64,000 nucleotides of DNA from a virus. Position numbers and translations under genes: made by a program. The stretch lies in the IMG/VR virus record IMGVR_UViG_3300031521_000009, one strand, 5' to 3'. Shown piece by piece: positions 26,350 through 35,242 of this stretch. The notes beneath the pieces were generated by a model that was given only the letters and a program-made list of their open reading frames with translations, had not been told where the DNA came from and did no database searches. Numbering within the stretch: position 1 is the first letter of the stretch; every line of letters begins with the position of its first letter.

Positions 26350-27298
26350 TCAATTAGATAAGGATTTAATAAAAGAACACAATGAATTAATCAAATCAAA
26401 AAGCAAATCTCCTAGGATATATGAAATTCGAATGGCCATTTTTAAAAAATATAAATGTACATGGGATGATGAAACCGGATTAATTTATTTAGACCTTGAT
26501 TATAATCCAATTAAAGAAAGTTCAAACAAAAAAGAACAAGTAAAAAAACAAATAAGTGAAATTTCTATGAATGCAAAAAACATATTATTACAATGTACAG
26601 TAGTACAAAATCGCGTATATCTACCGGACGAACAAATCGACCGTAAGCTTTATATGGAAGTTGCAAAAGCGTTAGAACTTATCGGTGGTAAATGGACTGG
26701 TGGTAAAATAAAGGCCTTTGTGTTTGCTGAGGACCCAACAGATTTATTAGCCGAGATAGCTAGTGGTGAAAAACGTAATCTAAAGAAAGAACATCAATTC
26801 TTTGGTACTCCGCCAGAACTTGCTGACAGACTTATAGAACTTGCTCAATTAAACAACTTTGATCGTGTTCTAGAGCCTAGTGCCGGACAAGGTGCTATCG
26901 TTGAAGCAATGCAACGCAAATGGCATAATATCGTGCCTACATGTGTTGAGAATATGGGACTCAATTCTATTGTTCTTACAAAGAAACAGATTACCCATTT
27001 CTTTCAAGACTTTCTTACTTCAGAATGTAGTAAGCCATTTGATAAGGTTATCGCTAATCCACCATTCACAAAGAATCAGGATATTGATCATATCTATAAA
27101 ATGGTAGAAGTCTGTAAACCCGGGGGAATAGTGGTATCATGTGCTTCTAATCATTGGAGAGAATCAAAGAACAAGAAAGAAACTGAGTTCAGAGCTTTTC
27201 TTGATGGTATGGGTGCTGTTATCGAAGAAATACCAGCCGGTACCTTTAAAGAAAGTGGAACTATGATTGCAGCTTGTATTGTAATCATTCATGTATGA
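26315..27298 (+). CDS. N6-adenine DNA methyltransferase
   Basis: Motif I VLEPSAGQGAI, motif IV NPPF, GTFKESGT. Confidence 0.9.
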   Translation: MNMSNLVTLENNQLDKDLIKEHNELIKSKSKSPRIYEIRMAIFKKYKCTWDDETGLIYLDLDYNPIKESSNKKEQVKKQISEISMNAKNILLQCTVVQNRVYLPDEQIDRKLYMEVAKALELIGGKWTGGKIKAFVFAEDPTDLLAEIASGEKRNLKKEHQFFGTPPELADRLIELAQLNNFDRVLEPSAGQGAIVEAMQRKWHNIVPTCVENMGLNSIVLTKKQITHFFQDFLTSECSKPFDKVIANPPFTKNQDIDHIYKMVEVCKPGGIVVSCASNHWRESKNKKETEFRAFLDGMGAVIEEIPAGTFKESGTMIAACIVIIHV

Positions 27299-27504
27299 CA
27301 AACGATAGTACCTTGAATAATGACCTATTTGCTATGTATCAAGAGCAAGAAGCCCTTGAATTTAGTAGATGGGTCAATTCGGTAGAGAAGCATGTAAGTA
27401 CGCTTAAAACGAAGCTATGTAAGTCATGCAACAAAAACAAATTAGAAGTAGTAAGTATGTATAAAGCAGAATGTACAAATTGTCTAACATTAAACTCATT
27501 TTAA
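27295..27504 (+). CDS. Small Zn-ribbon protein
   Basis: CKSC...CTNC. Confidence 0.65.
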   Translation: MTNDSTLNNDLFAMYQEQEALEFSRWVNSVEKHVSTLKTKLCKSCNKNKLEVVSMYKAECTNCLTLNSF

Positions 27505-27505
27505 A

Positions 27506-27769
27506 ATGAAAAGAGAAAATATAAAACGTGCTTCTGAATTAAGTTCTGAAATAACTGGACTTGAACAATTGCTAGAAGATATAAAACTTCAAGAAAAAAC
27601 CAAAATTGTAAGTGGATTTTCAATTATGATTCCAGCAAATAGAAATTCATCTGGAGTTTCTATTACTAGATATATATCAAAAGAAATGAGAGATATATTA
27701 GTAATTCTAGCTAAAAATGAAGTAGAAAGAATTATTGCTGAAAAAGAAAAAGAAATCGAAACACTTTAA
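27506..27769 (+). CDS. Hypothetical protein
   Basis: 87-aa packed ORF. Confidence 0.7.
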   Translation: MKRENIKRASELSSEITGLEQLLEDIKLQEKTKIVSGFSIMIPANRNSSGVSITRYISKEMRDILVILAKNEVERIIAEKEKEIETL

Positions 27770-27779
27770 ATAACACAAC

Positions 27780-28064
27780 ATGTCACAAGAAATAGAAAAG
27801 TTTATATCATTAATTAGAGATTCGTTTGTTGGTTCTCAGCAAGTATATACAAATGGAAGTTGTTATCATTTTTATCTTATACTTAAAAATATATATCCAA
27901 GTGCAAAATGTTGGTATGATGAAAGTCATATTATTACAGAAATTGATGGTAAGTTTTATGACATTACTGGAGAAGTACAAAAAAATTCAAATCTTTTAAT
28001 TATGGATCATCCAGCTCATTATAGTTTAAAAAATCCATTTAATATTTACAATATACAAAAATAA
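27780..28064 (+). CDS. Conserved phage protein with Cys-His-Asp pattern
   Basis: NGSCYHF, SHIITEIDGKFYDITG. Confidence 0.65.
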   Translation: MSQEIEKFISLIRDSFVGSQQVYTNGSCYHFYLILKNIYPSAKCWYDESHIITEIDGKFYDITGEVQKNSNLLIMDHPAHYSLKNPFNIYNIQK

Positions 28065-28068
28065 AAAT

Positions 28069-29544
28069 ATGTCAGAAATTAAAATTCATATCAAGAATTA
28101 CAAACTTCTCAAAGAAGGAGAATGGGATTTATCAAATGGTACTATCTTCTTCGCACAAGGCGGAAACAAAAAAGGTAAGACTTCTTTCTTGAATCTTATC
28201 CAAGCACTCATGGAAGTAAAAGATACTACTGTCAATCCAGTAACTTTTGGTGAGAAAGAAGGATTTGCTACCGGTACAATACCTGGCGCTGATGGTTTAC
28301 AATACCAATTTCGTTACGACTTTAATATTGATGGTAAGAACAAATTTCAGTTCATTGCTCCAGACAATAAAGTTGTCAAAGGAATTACTGAAATGCGCGC
28401 TATCTTCAATTATACTCATTTTACATTGGAAGAGTTCTTTGAATGGAGTAAAACAGAACCGGGCCGTGCTAAACAACGTGCTATCTTCATGAACTTACTT
28501 TCAGAAAAAGAACGTGAAGAGATAATGAAAATAGATGCTGAGATTCATCCTACAAAAGGAACAATGATCGATTCGCGTAAAGAATTGAATAAGTCAGTTG
28601 ACTTCTTGAAAAAGAGTATTGACAATATCGTATTCAATCCGGAACAACAAAAACTTATTACTGATGCTCCGGCTATTCAAAAGTTGTTTACTGAACTTAC
28701 TGCTCGTAAAGAAGAGATTGATGAAACAATTAAAGGATTCGATACTTATCAAGTGAAGTTGGATGCAGAAAATGAAAAACTGGATCCACTAAAAAAATCA
28801 CATAATAAGCAAGTGGAAAGTCTTACTAACTCCATTCGTTTTGCCAAAGAAGAAATTGACCGTCTTACCAAAGAATTGGCAGCCGATGAAAAGAAACTGG
28901 AAACTGAGAATGCTGAGTACGAAACTTCTGAAAAAGCAATCACTGCAGCAATCACTGAATTGAATACTAAGTTCGATGTGAAAGTACTTGAAGCTGCAAA
29001 ATTAGAATTAGATGGTGATGGTACTGAAAAGAATATTGGTCTTGCCAAACGATTAGAGATTGGCCAGACAAAAATCAATCAGTATAATCAATTGGATGTA
29101 TTAGTAAAACAAAAAGCAAAGAATGAAGAAGATCATAAAAAGAAGGAAAGTGAAGTTAGTGAGTTGGACGAGAAGATTACGACTCTCCGCACCAAGAAAA
29201 AGGAAATCATCAAAAACAGTCAGAACATGCCGGTTGGTTGGTCGATTGATGATGATTATGTTACTATCGATAATATTCCTTTTCTGGAAACTGATATTTG
29301 TAAGTCGGAAGCGACTGCTGCTATTGCTCAATTGATGATGCGCGTAAATAAGGCTCCATTGATGCTTATGGGCGATGCTGAGGCCTTGGGATATGAAGTA
29401 CTCAATAAGCTTGAGGAAACAGCTAAGAGTCTTGGTAAGGTAATGCTATTCGCTGAACATGTTCGTTCTGCTGATGAAATGCAGTTGGTTGGTTATGATC
29501 AAATCGACCATGAAGTAAAGAAAGAAGATAAAGAATTATTTTAA
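28069..29544 (+). CDS. SMC/Rad50-like coiled-coil ATPase
   Basis: N-terminal Walker A GGNKKGKTS, long coiled coil, C-terminal LMLMGDAEAL. Confidence 0.8.
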   Translation: MSEIKIHIKNYKLLKEGEWDLSNGTIFFAQGGNKKGKTSFLNLIQALMEVKDTTVNPVTFGEKEGFATGTIPGADGLQYQFRYDFNIDGKNKFQFIAPDNKVVKGITEMRAIFNYTHFTLEEFFEWSKTEPGRAKQRAIFMNLLSEKEREEIMKIDAEIHPTKGTMIDSRKELNKSVDFLKKSIDNIVFNPEQQKLITDAPAIQKLFTELTARKEEIDETIKGFDTYQVKLDAENEKLDPLKKSHNKQVESLTNSIRFAKEEIDRLTKELAADEKKLETENAEYETSEKAITAAITELNTKFDVKVLEAAKLELDGDGTEKNIGLAKRLEIGQTKINQYNQLDVLVKQKAKNEEDHKKKESEVSELDEKITTLRTKKKEIIKNSQNMPVGWSIDDDYVTIDNIPFLETDICKSEATAAIAQLMMRVNKAPLMLMGDAEALGYEVLNKLEETAKSLGKVMLFAEHVRSADEMQLVGYDQIDHEVKKEDKELF

Positions 29545-29545
29545 T

Positions 29546-29579
29546 AACTAGAACCTTCTCACTGGTATAGGTAAAGTGA
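29546..29579 (+). promoter_or_regulatory. Repeated 5' UTR motif, copy 1 (pseudoknot-like)
   Basis: AACTAGAACCT..TCACT-GGTATAGGTAA-AGTGA; core ends 14 nt before ATG 29589. Confidence 0.6.
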
Positions 29580-29588
29580 TATTCTATT

Positions 29589-29957
29589 ATGAGTGAAAAT
29601 ACTGGTTCAAGACCTGCAAGTATTGCAGAAGTTATTGCTCCTATTTGCTATCAAGCAAATAAAGCATTTTGCGAAAGTTATGGTGATTATTCTCAAAAAG
29701 ATTGGTATCAAGCCGATGATTGGCAAAAACAAAGTGCTATTAAAGGTGTACAATTTCGTATTGAAAATCCGGATGCTGGACATGATGCACAGCATAATTC
29801 ATGGATGGCTGAAAAAGTTGCTGATGGATGGGTATATGGAGAAAGTAAAAATGCAGAAGCAAAAACTCATTCATGTATTGTTTCTTTCGAACAATTACCT
29901 ATTTTCCAACAAAAGAAGGATGCATTATTCTGTGCTATTGTAGATTCTTTGAAATAA
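29589..29957 (+). CDS. RyR-domain protein
   Basis: QHNSWMAEKVADGWVYG...KTHSCIVSFEQLP..QQKKD. Confidence 0.88.
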   Translation: MSENTGSRPASIAEVIAPICYQANKAFCESYGDYSQKDWYQADDWQKQSAIKGVQFRIENPDAGHDAQHNSWMAEKVADGWVYGESKNAEAKTHSCIVSFEQLPIFQQKKDALFCAIVDSLK

Positions 29958-29986
29958 AACTAAAACCTAGTGCGGTATAGGTAAGC
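29958..29986 (+). promoter_or_regulatory. Repeated 5' UTR motif, copy 2 (pseudoknot-like)
   Basis: AACTAAAACCTAGT-GC-GGTATAGGTAA-GC; core ends 14 nt before ATG 29999. Confidence 0.6.
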
Positions 29987-29998
29987 CAATCAATAATT

Positions 29999-30325
29999 AT
30001 GGATTTTATACAAGCTATCAACACTTATCCAATGATTCAAAGAATTGGATGGAATGGTAACGGACTATTTGTATTTCAACAAATACCTTCTGAAATACCA
30101 ATTTTTGTTGTCCTAAAAATGCAATCATTACCTGAAGCAGTAAAAGATGAATTTGCACGTCGTTTTGAAGTTCCAATGACAAAAGAAGAAGCAAAACCAT
30201 TTTTGTCTATTCGTTACAACAATCAATTAGCAATAGTTGATAAGGAAAACAATATCAATGGATGGGCACCTTCTGTTTCTGATGCATTGGCCGAGGATTG
30301 GATTGGATATATACCGGAGGTTTAA
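29999..30325 (+). CDS. tad2: Tad2/DUF2829-family anti-defence sponge-like protein
   Basis: MDFIQAI, RIGWNGNGLFVF, GWAPSVSDALAEDW. Confidence 0.82.
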   Translation: MDFIQAINTYPMIQRIGWNGNGLFVFQQIPSEIPIFVVLKMQSLPEAVKDEFARRFEVPMTKEEAKPFLSIRYNNQLAIVDKENNINGWAPSVSDALAEDWIGYIPEV

Positions 30326-30326
30326 A

Positions 30327-30692
30327 ATGGGAAAAGTATCAACAATTGATACCAAACGCAATCTTTGTGGTAATTGTAAAAGCAGCTACCCTGATTGCAC
30401 TGGTCAGCCGGAATTTGGCGATAATGTCGGAAATAATAATGTTATCCGATGTAAGAAGTATGTAAAGAAAAAAACAAATGTTGTTCGCGTATCAGTAGGT
30501 GAAGAGTATTTTGTTTATATTTTGAAAAATCAAAATGTTTCTATGAATGATTTCATTTCAAGAAAAAGAGTAGAAACAAACAACACTACAGATAATCTGT
30601 ATTATGAAGTTGGAAACTATTTTCTGACAGAGGGAGATTGCAAATCAGAGATTGAACGAGTAACAAAATTGAAACGTAATGGCACAAGGTAA
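30327..30692 (+). CDS. Cys-rich hypothetical protein
   Basis: NLCGNC..YPDC..FGDNVGNNNVIRC; GNYFLT. Confidence 0.7.
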   Translation: MGKVSTIDTKRNLCGNCKSSYPDCTGQPEFGDNVGNNNVIRCKKYVKKKTNVVRVSVGEEYFVYILKNQNVSMNDFISRKRVETNNTTDNLYYEVGNYFLTEGDCKSEIERVTKLKRNGTR

Positions 30693-31302
30693 ATTAATCA
30701 GTTTCGTACCACTGATGAAAAATGGCGTACAAGATACATATAGTGGAAGTAATGGTATGCTTTATAAGTTTACTGTTACTCTTGATAATGCCGGTACACA
30801 AGTAACCGGAACAGCAAATAGTAGCAAACAACAACCATCATGGAAGATTGGTGAAGAATATACTTATGAAGTAGCAATACAAGGAAACTATACCAATATC
30901 AAAAATATGAAGTCTATAAATCAGGCTGGTGGTTTTGGTGGCAGTGGTGCTCGTGTTCCTAATCCTAGCTTTGTAGTACAGAAATGTCTTGAAGCTTCAT
31001 TGGAATGTACTTTCAAATTCTTTGAACTTAATCCGGATGTGTACAAAAGTCAAGCTGCAGAAGATGGTGTATTGAATTTGTTCTATACATTCACATTAAA
31101 AGGTGATGAACAACAACGATGGATGAATATTGCCGGACTTCGCTTTGCCTTACAAAAGATGCAAGCGAATGGTATGTTTGATAAAGCAGAAGGAGTAACA
31201 CTTACTGCGTGGACTATTGAAAAGGCTAAAACTATTGCAGCTTCTATGTCCTCAGTAGTAAAAGCTCAAGTAGAATTTGAAAAGGCTAATCCACCCAAAT
31301 AA
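30679..31302 (+). CDS. Putative ssDNA-binding (OB-fold) protein
   Basis: Beta-rich N-domain (GMLYKFTVTL, WKIGEEYTYEV), Gly-rich linker, recombination neighbourhood. Confidence 0.55.
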   Translation: MAQGKLISFVPLMKNGVQDTYSGSNGMLYKFTVTLDNAGTQVTGTANSSKQQPSWKIGEEYTYEVAIQGNYTNIKNMKSINQAGGFGGSGARVPNPSFVVQKCLEASLECTFKFFELNPDVYKSQAAEDGVLNLFYTFTLKGDEQQRWMNIAGLRFALQKMQANGMFDKAEGVTLTAWTIEKAKTIAASMSSVVKAQVEFEKANPPK

Positions 31303-31305
31303 TTT

Positions 31306-31452
31306 ATGCCAGATAGATATTCAATTAAAAAGAATAAAGAGAATGGATTATTTAATGTTTATTTTGGAACAATGTATTGTTTTACTTATGATACTTATCA
31401 AGAAGCAAAAGACCATATTCAAAATATGAAAAAACGATATAAAAATGAGTAA
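31306..31452 (+). CDS. Small hypothetical protein (48 aa)
   Basis: Manual ORF MPDRYSIKK... fills the gap. Confidence 0.55.
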   Translation: MPDRYSIKKNKENGLFNVYFGTMYCFTYDTYQEAKDHIQNMKKRYKNE

Positions 31453-32377
31453 GACATATATCAATCAGTCATTAATAAAAAAGTTCTTCTACAAAGGAGA
31501 AAAACGTGATTACTGTGCTATGGCCATAAAGGCTAATACTATTGATAAAACAGTAAGTCGGGAATCACTATCAATGACATGTGGTAATTATTTTGAAACA
31601 CAATGTCTGGGTGCTTCTATTGGTGGCAAGAAAACACTTGATTTGCCAAGAAAGAAACTTACTGCTAAGCAAATTCTTGCCGGTCAAACAATAGGTGATA
31701 AAAAAATTGATCAGATACGTATTGACCAGCAAGTGATGATGTTCAACAAACTCAAAACTGAATATCAGATACCAATAGAGAAAGAGATGAATACCCAAGT
31801 CGGTGTAAAGAAAATATGGAGTAAGAATGACAATATTATCTTACAAGGTGAGATTGATATATTCCCTGCTTCTATTGCATTACCGACACGTGGTTTACGA
31901 CTTTGTGCTATTGATTTAAAGCTTACTGGTACATTCTCTGACTATGGTGAGTTCTGTTGGGGTTCTCCAACTAATTTAGACGGCATACAAGGCAAGATGT
32001 ATCATGAGTTGATACGTGACATTGATTTGGACTTTAATATGCAGGAAAACCCTAATAGTACAATTCATCAAGTTTTTACTCCAACAGTAAGAAACATATT
32101 AAAGAACAACGATCCTTTATTCTTCTTTTGGGTATTCAATTATAAAGAAGCAATAAACAATAAATTTATTGAAGTAGAATATAACAAACTTGCTCAGGCA
32201 GAACTTCATGAATCTATCCGTAGAACTGTAGAAGAATTGAATAAGAATGAACGTGATAACTGGCAAGGTATGGTTCCTAATATTGATAACTGTAGCCAAT
32301 GCGCGTTGCTATCTTGTCCTTCCCGAACAGAGAAAAAAAAAGAAATAGAAGAACAACAAAATTTCGAAGTCATTTAA
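31445..32377 (+). CDS. PD-(D/E)XK exonuclease, Cas4/AddB-like
   Basis: GEIDI, IDLKLTG, QGKMY, N-terminal Cys plus CSQC....C. Confidence 0.8.
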   Translation: MSKTYINQSLIKKFFYKGEKRDYCAMAIKANTIDKTVSRESLSMTCGNYFETQCLGASIGGKKTLDLPRKKLTAKQILAGQTIGDKKIDQIRIDQQVMMFNKLKTEYQIPIEKEMNTQVGVKKIWSKNDNIILQGEIDIFPASIALPTRGLRLCAIDLKLTGTFSDYGEFCWGSPTNLDGIQGKMYHELIRDIDLDFNMQENPNSTIHQVFTPTVRNILKNNDPLFFFWVFNYKEAINNKFIEVEYNKLAQAELHESIRRTVEELNKNERDNWQGMVPNIDNCSQCALLSCPSRTEKKKEIEEQQNFEVI

Positions 32378-32574
32378 TGAGTAACGAAAATATCAAATCA
32401 GCTATGAATACCTACAATAATGCAATGTTGCTGCGTAGGTATTTGTTGTCTGACTATATCAAATCAAGAATAGATACAAAAGAGCTTATAAAGGGCATTC
32501 AAATGTGTGAAATACTTATTATTACTAATGCATTAATTATAAATAAAAATGGCCGGATGGACGAAAGCAGATAG
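32377..32574 (+). CDS. Hypothetical protein
   Basis: Start-stop overlap; MSNENIK. Confidence 0.55.
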   Translation: MSNENIKSAMNTYNNAMLLRRYLLSDYIKSRIDTKELIKGIQMCEILIITNALIINKNGRMDESR

Positions 32575-33262
32575 AGCAAAGTTTCTTGAACGATGTGATT
32601 CAAGAAAGAATATAATGCCACAAGAAGTAATATCAACACAAGGTAGTCTTTTTGAAGAAGTCATTGAAACAGACAGTGTAAATCCTCGATATCAGAAATT
32701 ACGATTAGTATTACTCTATCCGGAACTTGATACAAATGAAAAAGGTAATCCTATTCCTAAGCAATCAGCGCGTTTTATGGTTACCCGTTATAGTAATGGA
32801 CCCAAGAAAGGAGAAATCCTTGTTTATCCAAATAAGCATACCGGTAAGCCTGATGTACTTATTAAATCATATCAAGATGCACGTATCACCAATACAGTAA
32901 AAGCATTACAATTACAAGTATTGAAGCAACTTGGAGAAATATCATTTACTAAGTTTCGTGGTGCTGTATTTGTTACTCGTCTTGAATTTATATTTAAAGT
33001 ATCTGATTCGGCACCTAAGTACATGAAAGATGATCTTACTGCCGGTACTAAGATTTACTTTAAAGATACGGCTCCCGATTTAGATAACCTTGAAAAGATG
33101 ATATGGGATGCTATGCAAGCTGAAAAGGCTGAGAAAGATGTAAAGAATGCTCTTGTAGGTCTTGTGTATGATAATGATGCACAGATAGTATCTAAGAATG
33201 GTATTTTTAAACGCTGGGGTCTTAGGCCAGGCGTCATCGTAGAAATGGAAGGCCCAATTTAA
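32549..33262 (+). CDS. rusA: RusA-like Holliday junction resolvase
   Basis: PKQSARF, PDLDNLEKMIWDAM, YDNDAQIV. Confidence 0.85.
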   Translation: MAGWTKADRAKFLERCDSRKNIMPQEVISTQGSLFEEVIETDSVNPRYQKLRLVLLYPELDTNEKGNPIPKQSARFMVTRYSNGPKKGEILVYPNKHTGKPDVLIKSYQDARITNTVKALQLQVLKQLGEISFTKFRGAVFVTRLEFIFKVSDSAPKYMKDDLTAGTKIYFKDTAPDLDNLEKMIWDAMQAEKAEKDVKNALVGLVYDNDAQIVSKNGIFKRWGLRPGVIVEMEGPI

Positions 33263-33272
33263 TAAATATTGT

Positions 33273-33473
33273 ATGATTGAAATTAAAAAAGGAATTGTAT
33301 TTACTGATGAAAAAAAGGATATACAATATACTATTTCCTTAGTAACTAAAACAATTGTTCAAGTTACATATGAAGGAGAAATGGTTGAATTTACAAGAGA
33401 AGAATTTGAAAGTATAAATAAGTTATCACGATTTGAAACAGTGAAAAATGATAAAAAGAAAAGAGCTAACTAA
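33273..33473 (+). CDS. Hypothetical protein
   Basis: 66-aa ORF. Confidence 0.6.
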   Translation: MIEIKKGIVFTDEKKDIQYTISLVTKTIVQVTYEGEMVEFTREEFESINKLSRFETVKNDKKKRAN

Positions 33474-33999
33474 CTACACTAATTCCATAAAGGAAAACAT
33501 ATTTGAAATATACGATAATAAAAAGCATCGGTTATCAAATGAATATTTATCATTAGATGCTATTAAAAGTCTTTGTGATTGTTCTCTTGCTAAACGTAAA
33601 GGTAAAGAAGCTAATTTTAAATCATTTGGATTAAGTAATAATGCCGTTGAACAATACTATGATTATAACTTTGAGGTATTCATAAAGGATAGTGTTGAAT
33701 ATTATCTTGCAATGGCCTATATTCAACTAATTGCTTATGGTTGGATACATGGTATGGAAATAAGTTTTGAACGCTCTAAATCGATTGATTTCATCCGTTT
33801 TAATTCAGCAGATTGTATTACTATAATAGTATCTGAACTACAGTTTGAAGAACATCCAAAAATGGAAAAGATAATTAATCAAATGCTATTTCTTATTGAA
33901 CTTCTTTGTCGACAATGGAAAATTGATTTACATTCTATAGTAGACCAAACAATAAAATATATTCAAGTAAATAATAAATACAAAATACATGAAGTATGA
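33448..33999 (+). CDS. MazG-like fold protein, apparently degenerate
   Basis: LSNEY..IKSLCDCSLAKRKG...IKDSVEYYLAMAYIQL. Confidence 0.5.
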   Translation: MIKRKELTNYTNSIKENIFEIYDNKKHRLSNEYLSLDAIKSLCDCSLAKRKGKEANFKSFGLSNNAVEQYYDYNFEVFIKDSVEYYLAMAYIQLIAYGWIHGMEISFERSKSIDFIRFNSADCITIIVSELQFEEHPKMEKIINQMLFLIELLCRQWKIDLHSIVDQTIKYIQVNNKYKIHEV

Positions 34000-34373
34000 T
34001 TCCAACAAAATTTTATACTAAAGCAGAAGTTGCTGAAAAAGAATCAAGAGTAGAAGCATTGATATATCTTGTTCATCAGCTTGCGGACATACAAGAAGGA
34101 TATATTCTTGATGCAATGGAAATACTGAAAGATGTAGGTGATTACCGGTTCCGTATAAAACAAGATATTGATAAGTTGAAACACCTTACCGGAACACTTC
34201 GAGAAGAAGTATGGAAACGAAACAAAGATAATATTTCTGCTGTCGTATTATTTGGAGAAGAAAGTGAATCACTCAAAAACGTAATTGAGAATTTCTTCTT
34301 TAATCTTGATCTTAATGAAATGGTTCCGGCATGTACTGACACAAATGACATTTATCATGAAAAACATAACTAA
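33996..34373 (+). CDS. Hypothetical helical protein
   Basis: 125-aa packed ORF. Confidence 0.7.
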   Translation: MIPTKFYTKAEVAEKESRVEALIYLVHQLADIQEGYILDAMEILKDVGDYRFRIKQDIDKLKHLTGTLREEVWKRNKDNISAVVLFGEESESLKNVIENFFFNLDLNEMVPACTDTNDIYHEKHN

Positions 34374-34671
34374 TCTAGCAAAGCAATATGCTACTGAAAT
34401 ACTAAAGAGTAATTCTTTTGATAGTATTCATAGTTTTATTGAAAATGGATATATCAATGGATTTAATAAATGTGATGAATTTATTGATATGACATTATTA
34501 AAGCATCCAATGAATACTGATATCATAGTAAAAACCCATAAAGGGAGTACTTACTTTGGTAAATTCATTTTAATATATGATAATGTTCTATTTCGACCAG
34601 ACCTTACTAAAGGTGATGAAGATTTAAAATTTGAATATATAAAAGAATGGAAAAACGTAATTAATAAATAA
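34357..34671 (+). CDS. Hypothetical protein (DUF551-like)
   Basis: PMNTDIIVK...IKEWK. Confidence 0.6.
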   Translation: MKNITNLAKQYATEILKSNSFDSIHSFIENGYINGFNKCDEFIDMTLLKHPMNTDIIVKTHKGSTYFGKFILIYDNVLFRPDLTKGDEDLKFEYIKEWKNVINK

Positions 34672-34676
34672 GTAAT

Positions 34677-34922
34677 ATGACAATAGATAATTCAAACAAT
34701 TGGATAATAATGACAACTGAACATGTTGTTTTATTTCAAGGGTCAAAAGAAATGATACAAACAACTTGGGACTGCAATACTCGTACATTAGAGGACTTAC
34801 AAAGTGAGTATCGACATCTTTATACTGCAGAAGTAATGAAGAAGATTTATGAAGAAGAACAGATTGATTACAAAGGAGAATTATTATTAATGGAAATACA
34901 TAACAGCTTAGTCAATGATTAA
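34677..34922 (+). CDS. Hypothetical protein
   Basis: 81-aa packed ORF. Confidence 0.65.
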   Translation: MTIDNSNNWIIMTTEHVVLFQGSKEMIQTTWDCNTRTLEDLQSEYRHLYTAEVMKKIYEEEQIDYKGELLLMEIHNSLVND

Positions 34923-35241
34923 AGTAAGAGATATCACCGAAGCAAAAGCAATTGATTTGTTTACTTCTCAGTTTGGAAATGATGTTCTTTCTCGTTTTGA
35001 TAAATTCAAAGAAGAAGTAAAAGAATTATATGAAGCATTTGATGAATATGAAACATATATTGCTAATGATGTTGTAATGCCACCAGAAGCATTAGAACAC
35101 CTATTAGACGAGTTTTCTGACGTTCAAGGTACGTTTACTCATCTATCTAGTTTATTTGGCTTATATCAACAAGAAATGCTTCATAACTGTATAGACAAAG
35201 TAACAGGTAGAATGATTGATCCAAACTATAAAAGAAAATAA
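34915..35241 (+). CDS. MazG-like NTP pyrophosphohydrolase
   Basis: KFKEEVKEL...LLDEFSDV. Confidence 0.8.
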   Translation: MIKVRDITEAKAIDLFTSQFGNDVLSRFDKFKEEVKELYEAFDEYETYIANDVVMPPEALEHLLDEFSDVQGTFTHLSSLFGLYQQEMLHNCIDKVTGRMIDPNYKRK

Positions 35242-35242
35242 T

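Noticed and set aside
31445-32377. CRISPR cas4 gene
   Set aside because: Solo Cas4-like exonuclease among recombination genes, with no array
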